Shown one piece after another: positions 10,664 to 20,011 of a DNA stretch of 64,000 nt. Each line of letters begins with the position of its first letter. Position 1 is the stretch's first letter. A program made the translations under genes and the position numbers. This DNA is from Candidatus Poribacteria bacterium (GTDB taxonomy: Bacteria > Poribacteria > WGA-4E > PCPOR2b), in contig OZ240245.1 of the NCBI GenBank assembly GCA_965198175.1, positions 320,001 through 384,000 on the forward strand, written 5' to 3'. The notes below the pieces were generated by a model. That model was given only the letters and a program-made list of their open reading frames with translations. It ran no database searches and was not told the origin of the DNA.

Positions 10664-10844
10664 CCCATAGCTCGATTTACAAAAATCTTATACGCTGCGG
10701 TTCTACATGGCTGACTGTGCGATGGCGACATGGCGCCCTTTCAATCAGTAGATGATTCGACTACGCAAGCCACACCACAAATCATGAGTGACTCTGGAAC
10801 ACGAGGCGGATGTGAGTCATATTACGAATGGTTGTGAACTTTCT

Positions 10845-11165
10845 TCATTCCGGCACATCAATTTCCAGGCTCAACAGGAGGAACGAATACGACTTCCCAT
10901 GAGTATCGAGAGCCAATGATTTGGTTACCCCACCGCCCAAGCAATTTTCGAGGACAAAATTTAGGGCGGAAACGTTGGGTACTTCGTACCGCACAATCTC
11001 GCCATGGCAAATTTCCCGGAACAATGCTCGAACCCGTTCCACGGTGACCTCACGACACACCAGGTCGTAATCCTCTTCCCGGTAGGGGATGACCGACAGA
11101 TTCACGGCATCCCCCTTATCTCCCGATCGACTATGAGCTATTTCACGGAGTTGGATTCTTTTCAT
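10845..11165 (-). CDS. AtuA-related small protein
   Basis: AHSRSGDKGD..N and GGGVTKSLALDTHGKS motifs. Confidence 0.8.
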   Translation of the reverse strand: MKRIQLREIAHSRSGDKGDAVNLSVIPYREEDYDLVCREVTVERVRALFREICHGEIVRYEVPNVSALNFVLENCLGGGVTKSLALDTHGKSYSFLLLSLEIDVPE

Positions 11166-11251
11166 TCACCACCTCTGTCAGGTGTATTCTACGAACATGT
11201 TGCTGCGAACGGAGTCTGAACATGGTAATTAAACCCACTGCCGGTGATTTC

Positions 11252-12835
11252 TTACTTTGAGCCGTTTGGGTCAATAGGGTCGCCGGGTTTCCCATTCACC
11301 AGTAGACGAATCGCAAGCCCAAACGTATGTGTGAACAGGCGCCCTTTTTCTTGAAGATGCCAGTTTTCTAAAAGGCATGCGTCGAGAGATTGCGCATCAA
11401 CCTCAATAGTATCATCGTGGATATTGACTTTCACGCTCTGAACAACCGATTTGTGTTGATGGTCTAGTGCATCCGCGATGCGCAAAATAGCGGCGAGCTT
11501 CGTTACCCGTTCCTTTTCAGCATACGAAAGCGCCTGAAAATGAGCGTGCTTCTGTTCATTGGGGAACGCTTTGCGATGATAACGGGCGATATTAGCGATG
11601 AGTTCAAGTTGCTGCGGGTGAAGCCCAACAACCTCCGAATTTGTTATCAAGTAGTAAGAGTGTTTATGGTGAGCGCTCGAGTTGATATAGCCGCCAATTT
11701 CATGGAGTGTCGCAGCTACACACAGAATCATTCGAGATTCCTGGGACAACTGATGCAAGGGTTGCAATTGATTAAATAGCAACTCCGCCAGATAACGGAC
11801 TTGTTGCGCGTGCCCCAGATGAAAGTGGTACTTGTGTCCAAGTGCAGTCGCCGCTTTGAGGATTTCTTCTTCCTCCAAGGTAGTATCCCATGAATTTCGG
11901 AAGCGATCAGTCATCTCTGCAAGTACTCCATCCTTGAGCCCGACATTCGCGGCATAAATCCCTTTCGCAGCTACTACATTACTCAGCACTTCGGTAAGCA
12001 CGAGACTTGCTGGCAAAATGACATCCGCCCGATCTGCGCGCATGTCGTAGCGCTTCATACGTTCTCTCGCGCTCTGTTTAGAAATCTCTTTGACGAAACG
12101 CCGGAAATCGCGCAGTGGAATAAAACGGACATCCTCCGGAAAACCGTTTCCTTCTTTTTCGGCAATCCCGATTTGTCTGCTGATCTCTTCGACATTTCCA
12201 CCGGTACCTAGCACTAGGTCAATTTTGTAGGTGTTGATTGCATCTAGAGTCGTTTCGAGCAGTTGCTCCATGTAAGCCTTAAGCAGTAGAACCTGCAGGT
12301 CTGAAATGGAATCTGTTCGGAGAAAGGTTTCACACAACCGCACCGTGCCCAATCGCAGGCTGTTGGAGTACACAATCGAACCGCGATCGATGACGTCGAA
12401 TTCAACACTTCCGCCTCCGATGTCGATGACGAGAGCGGTTTTGTCGCGGAGATTGACTTTCCGCGTTACAGCGAGTTGGACGAGACGGGCTTCCTCCCCA
12501 CCGGAAATTCGCTCCAATTGGATGCCCGAACTACTGTGGATACGTTTTACAAAATTATCACCGTTGATAGCTTCACGCGTCGCGCTAGTCGCAATGGCAC
12601 GAGTGGAATGGACTTTCGACTTCTTAAGGACATCTCGGAATTCTCCAAACGCCTCTATCGCTTGCTGGATAGCCTCTTCGGCTAGAAAACCTGTTAAGAA
12701 AACCTCATGCCCTAAACGCACAGGAGCCCGGCATTGATAAATTTGTTCAATAGATCCATCCGCTTGCACTTGAACGATTTTAAGCCGCATGGCGTTGGAT
12801 CCAACGTCAATGGCGGCAAACGATGCGTTTTCCAT
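11252..12835 (-). CDS. ppx: Ppx/GppA exopolyphosphatase with HD-like C-terminal domain
   Basis: AIDVGSN, ATSATREA, DIGGGSVE, HHKHSYYLI; start set at MENASF. Confidence 0.9.
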   Translation of the reverse strand: MENASFAAIDVGSNAMRLKIVQVQADGSIEQIYQCRAPVRLGHEVFLTGFLAEEAIQQAIEAFGEFRDVLKKSKVHSTRAIATSATREAINGDNFVKRIHSSSGIQLERISGGEEARLVQLAVTRKVNLRDKTALVIDIGGGSVEFDVIDRGSIVYSNSLRLGTVRLCETFLRTDSISDLQVLLLKAYMEQLLETTLDAINTYKIDLVLGTGGNVEEISRQIGIAEKEGNGFPEDVRFIPLRDFRRFVKEISKQSARERMKRYDMRADRADVILPASLVLTEVLSNVVAAKGIYAANVGLKDGVLAEMTDRFRNSWDTTLEEEEILKAATALGHKYHFHLGHAQQVRYLAELLFNQLQPLHQLSQESRMILCVAATLHEIGGYINSSAHHKHSYYLITNSEVVGLHPQQLELIANIARYHRKAFPNEQKHAHFQALSYAEKERVTKLAAILRIADALDHQHKSVVQSVKVNIHDDTIEVDAQSLDACLLENWHLQEKGRLFTHTFGLAIRLLVNGKPGDPIDPNGSK

Positions 12836-13002
12836 ATTTATTTCCTCAACACCCAACATATTTACAGAACGTGAGTTTAGCACATCTGTCATCATCAAGT
12901 CAACTCAATCCCACGCTAACTAGAAATCTCCGATGTGTAACACAAGATGCTATCCTATGCTGCTAATATAGGATAGGCAACTTCTATTATTTTCTAGACG
13001 GT

Positions 13003-13031
13003 TTGACATCAATCGAAAATTCGTGTAAAAT
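13003..13031 (+). promoter_or_regulatory. Sigma70-type promoter
   Basis: TTGACA-N17-TAAAAT, with TG immediately upstream of the -10 element. Confidence 0.6.
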
Positions 13032-13195
13032 TACGGTGGAAAACTTAAATGTCAAACCCTTCCACTTTCGAAGTCTTTAACTCATACCGAGCATCAAAAT
13101 GCTTCGAAAAAGAGGGAATCCAAACTGAGCAATCACCGTCTCGAAGCCTGTCGAATTAAGTACGATTGCGACGAAAATACTCGGAAGCGAGATTC

Positions 13196-13477
13196 ATGGA
13201 TATTGGAAGAATCATTGGAACTGTGGTTGCGACTCGAAAGGACCCGAGCTTAATTGGGACACGGCTATTAGTTGTACAGCCTCTCGATGCTAACGGCGAC
13301 CCTGTAGCCTCCCCCCTTATTGCCGTAGACCCCTACGGCACCGCCGGTTATGAGGACATTATCTATATGGTCACGGGTGGTGACGCGATCGCTGTCATTT
13401 CAGGACGTCAAATGCCCGTTGACGTTGCTATTGTCGGAATCGTTGATTCCATGACCGTAGCTAGTACAGAGGACTGA
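13196..13477 (+). CDS. EutN/CcmL microcompartment vertex (pentamer) protein
   Basis: MDIGRIIGTVVATRK...AVDPYG.AG...PVDVAIVGIVD. Confidence 0.9.
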   Translation: MDIGRIIGTVVATRKDPSLIGTRLLVVQPLDANGDPVASPLIAVDPYGTAGYEDIIYMVTGGDAIAVISGRQMPVDVAIVGIVDSMTVASTED

Positions 13478-13479
13478 AG

Positions 13480-13776
13480 ATGTTTATTGCAGAGGTAATT
13501 GGGAAGATTGTCTCGGTAATTAAGCACTCAGCTTACGAGAATCGAACCCTATTACTTATTCAACCTTTGAATTTAGAATCCAAGCCCGTCAAAACCCCAA
13601 CAATCGCTGTCGATTACGTCGGGGCTGGCGAAGGTGACATCGTCCTTGTTGGGGCGGGACCGGGCGTAGCTCAGGAGGTCTTTGGCGTCGAAGATGCACC
13701 GATTAGAGAACTTGTAATGGGCATTATTGATCGATTTGATGTAGATGAATTAGATGAAACCAAGCACAAAATGTAG
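13480..13776 (+). CDS. EutN/CcmL microcompartment vertex protein
   Basis: MFIAEVIGKIVS..K...AVDYVGAGEGD.VL...GIID. Confidence 0.9.
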   Translation: MFIAEVIGKIVSVIKHSAYENRTLLLIQPLNLESKPVKTPTIAVDYVGAGEGDIVLVGAGPGVAQEVFGVEDAPIRELVMGIIDRFDVDELDETKHKM

Positions 13777-13907
13777 CAAAATGTGAAAACATCTAACGCC
13801 TTTATACGTTACTATTGTAGCATACACCATATATCTCGTCTGAATCCGGGCGTTAGCGGACTATTCTAATCATCAACTCTCAACAATCGATAAAAGGAAG
13901 TCGTACC

Positions 13908-14672
13908 TTGTTAATTCCATTGCCCAGCCCGCCTCAAGTGGACAAACCTTCTAAAATTCCTCGGACGGTGCAGTTGTTAATTATTGCCAATGTCTTCGTT
14001 TTTGCGTATCAACTTTATTATTGGCATTTTTGGGAGTTGAATCTCTCGGAACAGTACGGTACAATTCCCCAAAAGATCAGCGATTCTGTTTTGTTTTTAC
14101 CGCAACTCCCAGACCTATCTCAGCCAACCCTAATTACTTCCCTATTTCTGCATGATGCATATAGCTTACAAGGGGGCTTTGTCCATCTCATCGGTAATAT
14201 GCTTTATCTCTCAGCGTTTGGGCCCAATCTTGAGAACGTAATTGGACGGATGAAATTCCTCTTGTTTTATCTGTTATGCGGTGTGTTAGCCACCCTCTTT
14301 TATGTCGTGTTTCACTATAACTCCGATGTGCCTTTGATTGGCGCGAGCGGCGCAATTGCAGGGGTGATGGGCGCGCACCTTATCGCTTATCCCAAATCTC
14401 GCATTCGATGTCTGTTTCTGATTTATATCGTCTCTTTGCCGGCGAGCGTTGTGCTTGTCCCTTGGATACTAGTCCAAGTGTTTAATTTCGTTTATCTTTC
14501 CTCCCAAGGTGCCACGGTGGCTTGGTTAGCCCACATTGGCGGTTTTTTGGCAGGGGTGTTTTTTATTGGAAAATTCCAACTTTCATGGTTACCTCGGAAA
14601 CGTGAGTCCGCCAATAGCTTAAAACATAAATATTCGAATGCTAAAATCCCGATAATGAAGATTGGCCGCTAA
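13908..14672 (+). CDS. Rhomboid intramembrane serine protease
   Basis: HLIGNMLYL, GASGA, AHIGGF. Confidence 0.9.
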   Translation: MLIPLPSPPQVDKPSKIPRTVQLLIIANVFVFAYQLYYWHFWELNLSEQYGTIPQKISDSVLFLPQLPDLSQPTLITSLFLHDAYSLQGGFVHLIGNMLYLSAFGPNLENVIGRMKFLLFYLLCGVLATLFYVVFHYNSDVPLIGASGAIAGVMGAHLIAYPKSRIRCLFLIYIVSLPASVVLVPWILVQVFNFVYLSSQGATVAWLAHIGGFLAGVFFIGKFQLSWLPRKRESANSLKHKYSNAKIPIMKIGR

Positions 14673-14814
14673 TAGTTTAAGCTGCCTATAATCCTTGCAC
14701 TGCAGCGACCAGTAACACATTTGGGCATTGCATCGTTCCAATCGAGATTTTTTGTGCAATACGCATGACGCGATTGGAAAAACTGTAACTTACAATATTA
14801 AGGAGATTGATGAA

Positions 14815-16008
14815 TTGACAAGTAATTATCGACATCTACTTTTAGGGTTGTCGCTTTGTGTATTGTTGATATACTTTTCCGCTCTTGATATTGCAGCCCG
14901 TCCGGAGTTTGCAGCACGGGAAAATAAGGATTGCAGTTTCTGCCATATTGATCCGGCAGGCGGAGGTCCGCGCAACACAGTCGGGCAAGTTTTTGAAGAT
15001 AACTACTTTGAATTTCCCGAAGATTTCGACCCAGCGTCACTTATGGCTGAGGCGAAAGAAATCGCGCAAAGACTAACGACAGCGGTGGATATCCGTACCG
15101 CTTACATCAAGACGACCGATGTCGTACACGAAGAGGAGACGCTTGCCAATTGTTCCTCATGTCATTCATCCGTTGATAGCTTTCTGATGATGCAGGGGGA
15201 ACTGACCGTCAACGCCGAGGCGTCCGAAAAACTCAGATTGACCTTGTCTAACAACTTAGGCGCAATGCTCAACGCTTTTGCGACGGTCGATGCGATTCCG
15301 GAACGCCTCTACGTCAAAGTCGGCCAATTCCGAGTTCCATTTGGTCTCAAACAAAAAGACCATAACATTCTCGTTCGGGGTGGATACAACCTCGGATCCA
15401 ATAAACGGGACGTCGGCATTGAAGTCGGCGGGTCATACAGTAAGTTATTCTATAACGCAGCCGTATTCAACGGTGGAAACGCGACGATATTCTCTGGCGG
15501 TCGCGCATCTGATGTGGATGAAAATCACCACAAGGCTTGGGTTGCAACTGTTGGTGGCAATGCTGGACCTTTGCGGGCGGGTGTTTCCCATCTTATCAAT
15601 AAATCACAAGAGCAGCGCAACATGACCGTTGGAGCGTTTCTGACCGCGGCTCACAAAGACTTGGTTCTCGAAGGGGAATTCAATTTTGGCGGTAACTTCC
15701 ACGACGGTGAGAGTATCAGTTTCGGGGATGAGGATATCGACTCCAAAGGTTACTATTTCGGCGCCAAATATCATTTGATGCGGGGACTCGTATTGTCGGG
15801 TCGCTACGGCTTGTTCGATTTAAATCGAAAGATAGCAGGTGATGCGAAGAAACGTGTTACTATCGCCGCACAATACACGTTTATGAAAAGTGGTTCCCTT
15901 GAGTTACTCTATTGGATCAACATTGAGAATAAGAACCGGACCGATAATAATTCGCGTCAACTTCGAGGCGTAGATCAGTTGATTCTGATGTCACACTTTT
16001 GGTTTTAG
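14815..16008 (+). CDS. Cytochrome c-porin fusion (Cyc2-like), two CxxCH motifs
   Basis: AGGAG RBS + TTG; signal peptide; PEFAARENKDCSFCH; CSSCH; porin-like GQFRVPFG and amphipathic strands; ends HFWF. Confidence 0.7.
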   Translation: MTSNYRHLLLGLSLCVLLIYFSALDIAARPEFAARENKDCSFCHIDPAGGGPRNTVGQVFEDNYFEFPEDFDPASLMAEAKEIAQRLTTAVDIRTAYIKTTDVVHEEETLANCSSCHSSVDSFLMMQGELTVNAEASEKLRLTLSNNLGAMLNAFATVDAIPERLYVKVGQFRVPFGLKQKDHNILVRGGYNLGSNKRDVGIEVGGSYSKLFYNAAVFNGGNATIFSGGRASDVDENHHKAWVATVGGNAGPLRAGVSHLINKSQEQRNMTVGAFLTAAHKDLVLEGEFNFGGNFHDGESISFGDEDIDSKGYYFGAKYHLMRGLVLSGRYGLFDLNRKIAGDAKKRVTIAAQYTFMKSGSLELLYWINIENKNRTDNNSRQLRGVDQLILMSHFWF

Positions 16009-16028
16009 TACCCTGGCTAAATAATGTT

Positions 16029-16179
16029 AGGACTTGCGCAATTCAGACTGTCGTTGCCCGATTCATAGGGCGCCGCCGGGCATCTTGCCACCTACACACA
16101 TTGTAGGCGGGGCATCTTGCCCCGCATTCGGGATAAAGCATCGTATTACAACACCTCATCGTTCAACTGCGTACGTCCT
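16029..16179. mobile_element. MITE-like element, family C, with target-site duplication
   Basis: TIR aggacttgcgca / tgcgtacgtcct; flanks ataatgtt and ataatgta; internal gtaggcggggcatcttgcccgc hairpin. Confidence 0.75.
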
Positions 16180-16249
16180 ATAATGTATTAGATCCACGTA
16201 ACATCACGTTTTTATTTTCAGCATCCTACAGTAAAGAAAGGATTCAACC

Positions 16250-16582
16250 ATGTCTGTTGCATTACGTATACACGATCGCCGGTTAAAACTTAAGATGACG
16301 CAGACCCAGCTCGCACAAAAGGCGAATCTGACGCCTGCAGCAATATCTCAGTTTGAATCTGGCACACGTAAGCCATCATTCGATACACTTTCAAGTTTAG
16401 CCGATGCCCTGAAAGTTACTACGGACTATCTACTCGGCAAAAAGGAACAAAGCTACGACGATCTTTTAGCCGATCCGAAAGTCAGCATTATGTTTCGAGG
16501 CATCATGGAATTCCCGGAGAAAGACAAAGAGACGATGTTTGAATTTTACGAATTTCTCAAAGCTAAGAATGAAAGAGAGTGA
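16250..16582 (+). CDS. XRE-family HTH transcriptional regulator
   Basis: MTQTQLA...AISQFESGTRKPS...LADALKVTTDYLLG. Confidence 0.92.
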   Translation: MSVALRIHDRRLKLKMTQTQLAQKANLTPAAISQFESGTRKPSFDTLSSLADALKVTTDYLLGKKEQSYDDLLADPKVSIMFRGIMEFPEKDKETMFEFYEFLKAKNERE

Positions 16583-16605
16583 AGCAAAGTATTTGCTGAC
16601 TGAAG

Positions 16606-17439
16606 ATGGCTGGACGAAATTCCCTAAACTGGTCTAACGCTGCACAGAGGCTGTCACCCAAATCCCGTCATCCTGCTGAATGTGCCCGTCGCTTACTACA
16701 AGAGTTAAATATTCAAGCTATCCCAATTCAACCCCGAAATATTGCGAAACAACTGGAGATTGTCATCTGGGAACGGGAGATGGAAAGTCAATATGACGGC
16801 TGTCTCATGCGGGTCGGGGATGTTTGGGGAATCCTAATCAACAGCCTGATTCAATCTCAATCCCGAAAAAGGTTCACTATTGCTCACGAATTGGGGCATT
16901 ATCACTTGGATCGGGAGGAAACAGCGAAGCGGCTCTGCCACGGAGGGGAACTAGGCTTCTTTAACACACGCGGACCGGAAGAGCAGCGCGCTAACCAGTT
17001 TGCCGTTGAGTTATTGATGCCATCCCCATTTTTTCAGGACGACGCCGAGAAGCTGCCGAACGTCGGGCTGTCCGCAATCGACACGCTCTCCGCCCGGTAT
17101 GCGACTTCCCTTACAAGCACGGCAATTCGCTACACCCGCTTGAGCCGGCATAATTGTGCAATAGTGTTCTCCGAGAATCGACACACTAAGTATTTCGCGT
17201 ATTCAAATGACTTCCGCCGAAATGGCGACTGTTATCTTGTTAAAGACAAGCCGCTTCACCCGGAGGCGTTGGCATGGCACCTTGCTGAAAGCCCCCTTAA
17301 TGAAATTAGAGACAAGAGGGGGAAGGTACCGCTGTCATGCTGGTGTTCCACAAAATCAGACCAGATGATTATCGAGCATTCTCGCTGCTTGCCTCGTATG
17401 AATCAGGTTGTTTCATTCCTTTGGATACCGCAGGAGTGA
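16606..17439 (+). CDS. ImmA/IrrE family zinc metallopeptidase
   Basis: RFTIAHELGH, EQRANQFAVELLMP. Confidence 0.9.
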   Translation: MAGRNSLNWSNAAQRLSPKSRHPAECARRLLQELNIQAIPIQPRNIAKQLEIVIWEREMESQYDGCLMRVGDVWGILINSLIQSQSRKRFTIAHELGHYHLDREETAKRLCHGGELGFFNTRGPEEQRANQFAVELLMPSPFFQDDAEKLPNVGLSAIDTLSARYATSLTSTAIRYTRLSRHNCAIVFSENRHTKYFAYSNDFRRNGDCYLVKDKPLHPEALAWHLAESPLNEIRDKRGKVPLSCWCSTKSDQMIIEHSRCLPRMNQVVSFLWIPQE

Positions 17440-17443
17440 GATG

Positions 17444-17562
17444 TATAGCCATTGCGACTAAAAATTATACATTTACTCATTGGTTTGTAGGAGAGGCTTC
17501 CTAGCCTCGATTATCAATCAGTTGATTCCGCCTTGTGTAAATATGAACCGATAATGACTATA
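17444..17562. mobile_element. MITE-like element, family B
   Basis: tatagccattgcgactaaaaattatac ... gtgtaaatatgaaccgataatgactata; internal gtaggagaggcttcctagcctc. Confidence 0.6.
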
Positions 17563-17565
17563 ATT

Positions 17566-18405
17566 TCAGCCGCACTGAGCAATCGCCAGTTTCAAAGTGT
17601 TTTCTAACAAAATTGCTCGTGTCATTGGACCAACCCCGCCAGGCACGGGCGTAATGAACCCCGCCACTTCCTTGACGTTTTCATAGTCCACATCGCCGAT
17701 GAGTCGATTGTCAAGCCGATTGATTCCCACATCAATTACGATTGCCCCTTCTTTAACCATGTCAGCCTTAATCATTTCGGGTTTGCCGGTCGCAACGACC
17801 AAAATGTCCGCGTTTCGCGTCTGTTCTCTGAGATCCCGCGTACGCGAATGGCAGTATGTAACCGTCGCATTGCGGTTGAGTAAAATCAACCCAATCGGTT
17901 TCCCGACAAGGCTGCTGCGCCCCACGCAAACTGCTTGTTTGCCTTCGATTTCTTCGCCCGTTGATTCGATGAGACGAACAATCCCCGCAGGCGTGCACGG
18001 CAGTACGCACTCGCGATTAATCATCAAGTTGCCCAAGTTCGCTGCGCCTAGACCGTCAGTATCTTTTTCCGGTGCGATTGTGTCAATTACCGTCTGCCCA
18101 TCAATCTGGTCGGGGACAGGCATCTGCGCGAGAATCGCGTGTATTTCCTTGCGGTCGTTCAACGTTTGCATCTGGTCAATTACCTCTTCTTGAGTTGTTG
18201 CTTGGCTCATGCGATAAACTTCCGAATGAAAATGGACACGCTCACAGTCCTTCCGTTTGTAATTGACATAAACCGTTGAAGCCGGATCGTTGCCGACTTG
18301 GACCACTGCAATCCCAGGCGTGAATTTCAGCTTTTTCACTTGCCGTCGCGTTTCGCTGCGAATCAATTTGGCGAGCCGGTTCCCGTCAATTATCTCTGCT
18401 GGCAT
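17566..18405 (-). CDS. folD: Methylenetetrahydrofolate dehydrogenase/cyclohydrolase
   Basis: PEKDTDG, PCTPAG, GRSSLVGKP, TPVPGGVGPMT. Confidence 0.97.
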   Translation of the reverse strand: MPAEIIDGNRLAKLIRSETRRQVKKLKFTPGIAVVQVGNDPASTVYVNYKRKDCERVHFHSEVYRMSQATTQEEVIDQMQTLNDRKEIHAILAQMPVPDQIDGQTVIDTIAPEKDTDGLGAANLGNLMINRECVLPCTPAGIVRLIESTGEEIEGKQAVCVGRSSLVGKPIGLILLNRNATVTYCHSRTRDLREQTRNADILVVATGKPEMIKADMVKEGAIVIDVGINRLDNRLIGDVDYENVKEVAGFITPVPGGVGPMTRAILLENTLKLAIAQCG

Positions 18406-18596
18406 TTTTTGAATTCTTTCTCCTCATTCAATAGTATAACATAAGGCAACCCCTATATGAATTCTTGTATTCGTATGAAAACATCTACAATTATATCATA
18501 GGCGATATTCTTCCATCTATCACTTTCCATCAACTTGAGGATTTTGATACCTCAATTTCGTAGGAATGTGCTAAGATCTCAAGAGAATTTTACACC

Positions 18597-18625
18597 TTGA
18601 CATATCAGACATATTCTGGGATAAT
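18597..18625 (+). promoter_or_regulatory. Sigma70-type promoter
   Basis: TTGACA-N17-GATAAT. Confidence 0.5.
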
Positions 18626-18756
18626 CAAAACAACAACAGTCAAAAAAATCTCATGTCAATTTGCAACACACCGCACAAAATCTCGTGGTGTTGTGCAATT
18701 TCGTGCCTTGGTAAACAGTGCTTCGTCGAACTGCTTCCACAAGAAAGCGATGGGCA

Positions 18757-19980
18757 ATGAATATTCTTTTCCTATCTATAACAGTTCCTTTCCCACCCAA
18801 CGATGGCGGACGCATTCGCATATTTAACTTACTCAAGCAGATCGCCTCCAAAAATCAGATTTCCTTTCTAGCACTGGAAACAACACCGACGGATGGCGAA
18901 GGAATTGCCTATCTTCGCGACTTGGGAATTGACGCCTATCTGATTCAACAAGCCCCGAATTTGCCGCCATTGCGTCCGAACACTGCATTACGCGCCTTTA
19001 TAAAAAGACAACCTATTACCGTCGCCCGCTACTATTTCCCCGCATTCAAACAGAAATTGCACTCGCTGTTGTCGCACAATACCTTTGATCTGATTGACCA
19101 CGAATACCTTCATACGGCACCATATCGCGTAAAGACGGATTTGCCCACGTTGCTCACTGCGCATAATGTGGATTCCCATATTTGGTTTCGGTTATGCCAA
19201 CAGACAGATAATCCCGTACGAAAATTTCTATTCTGGACACAGAAATGCCTCTTTGATCGATACGAACGCAGGATACTCCCAAAATTCGATGCAATTGCTT
19301 GCACCTCCGAAACCGATCGCGCCGTACTTGAGCGCATCTGCCCTAATGTCACCATTGAGGTCATCCCCAATGGGGTGGACCTTGAGTTGTATCAACCAAA
19401 CCATGCGCTTGAGGAGGAAGCCTCGTTAGTTTTCACCGGCAGTATGGATTGGTATCCAAACGAGGACGCCGTAATCTATTTCGCGGATGAGATTTTTCCA
19501 CTGATTAAAGCAAGGCGGGCAGATGTGAAATTTTACATCGTTGGACAGTATCCTACGAATCGAGTGCGAAAACTGGCTGGGCAACCGGGGATAATCGTCA
19601 CTGGGCGCGTGGAAGATCCCAAACCGTATATCGCGCGTGCAACGGTTTACGTCGTACCCCTACGGGTTGGCAGCGGGACACGGCTGAAAATCCTTGAAGC
19701 GCTCGCAATGGAAAAAGCTGTTGTATCAACGACAGTAGGTGAGGAAGGCTTAAATCTAATTGACGGTGAAGAAATTATCATCAGCGACGAACCAGCGCGC
19801 TTTGCCGATGCCGTCGTTCAACTCATTGGGGATAAACAGATGCGACGGCAGCTCGGAAAAAAAGGCTGGAAGCATGTCGAGGCTGATTACGATTGGCGGC
19901 GAATCGGCGAGAAATTGCATCAGTTTTATGAATCAATCGTAACCAATCACTCTACTAATAACACCTGTAGTTGCAGATGA
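18757..19980 (+). CDS. Glycosyltransferase family 4
   Basis: PFPPNDGGRIR, IPNGVD, GSGTRLKILEALAM. Confidence 0.9.
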   Translation: MNILFLSITVPFPPNDGGRIRIFNLLKQIASKNQISFLALETTPTDGEGIAYLRDLGIDAYLIQQAPNLPPLRPNTALRAFIKRQPITVARYYFPAFKQKLHSLLSHNTFDLIDHEYLHTAPYRVKTDLPTLLTAHNVDSHIWFRLCQQTDNPVRKFLFWTQKCLFDRYERRILPKFDAIACTSETDRAVLERICPNVTIEVIPNGVDLELYQPNHALEEEASLVFTGSMDWYPNEDAVIYFADEIFPLIKARRADVKFYIVGQYPTNRVRKLAGQPGIIVTGRVEDPKPYIARATVYVVPLRVGSGTRLKILEALAMEKAVVSTTVGEEGLNLIDGEEIIISDEPARFADAVVQLIGDKQMRRQLGKKGWKHVEADYDWRRIGEKLHQFYESIVTNHSTNNTCSCR

Positions 19981-20011
19981 GACCATTTTGAGCGCAATAG
20001 CGTCTGTCAGA

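Noticed and set aside
12950..12976. Inverted repeat ctatcctat-N9-ataggatag as operator
   Set aside because: Single occurrence with no assignable regulator.
16250..17439. Prophage or ICE
   Set aside because: No integrase, structural or conjugation genes nearby.
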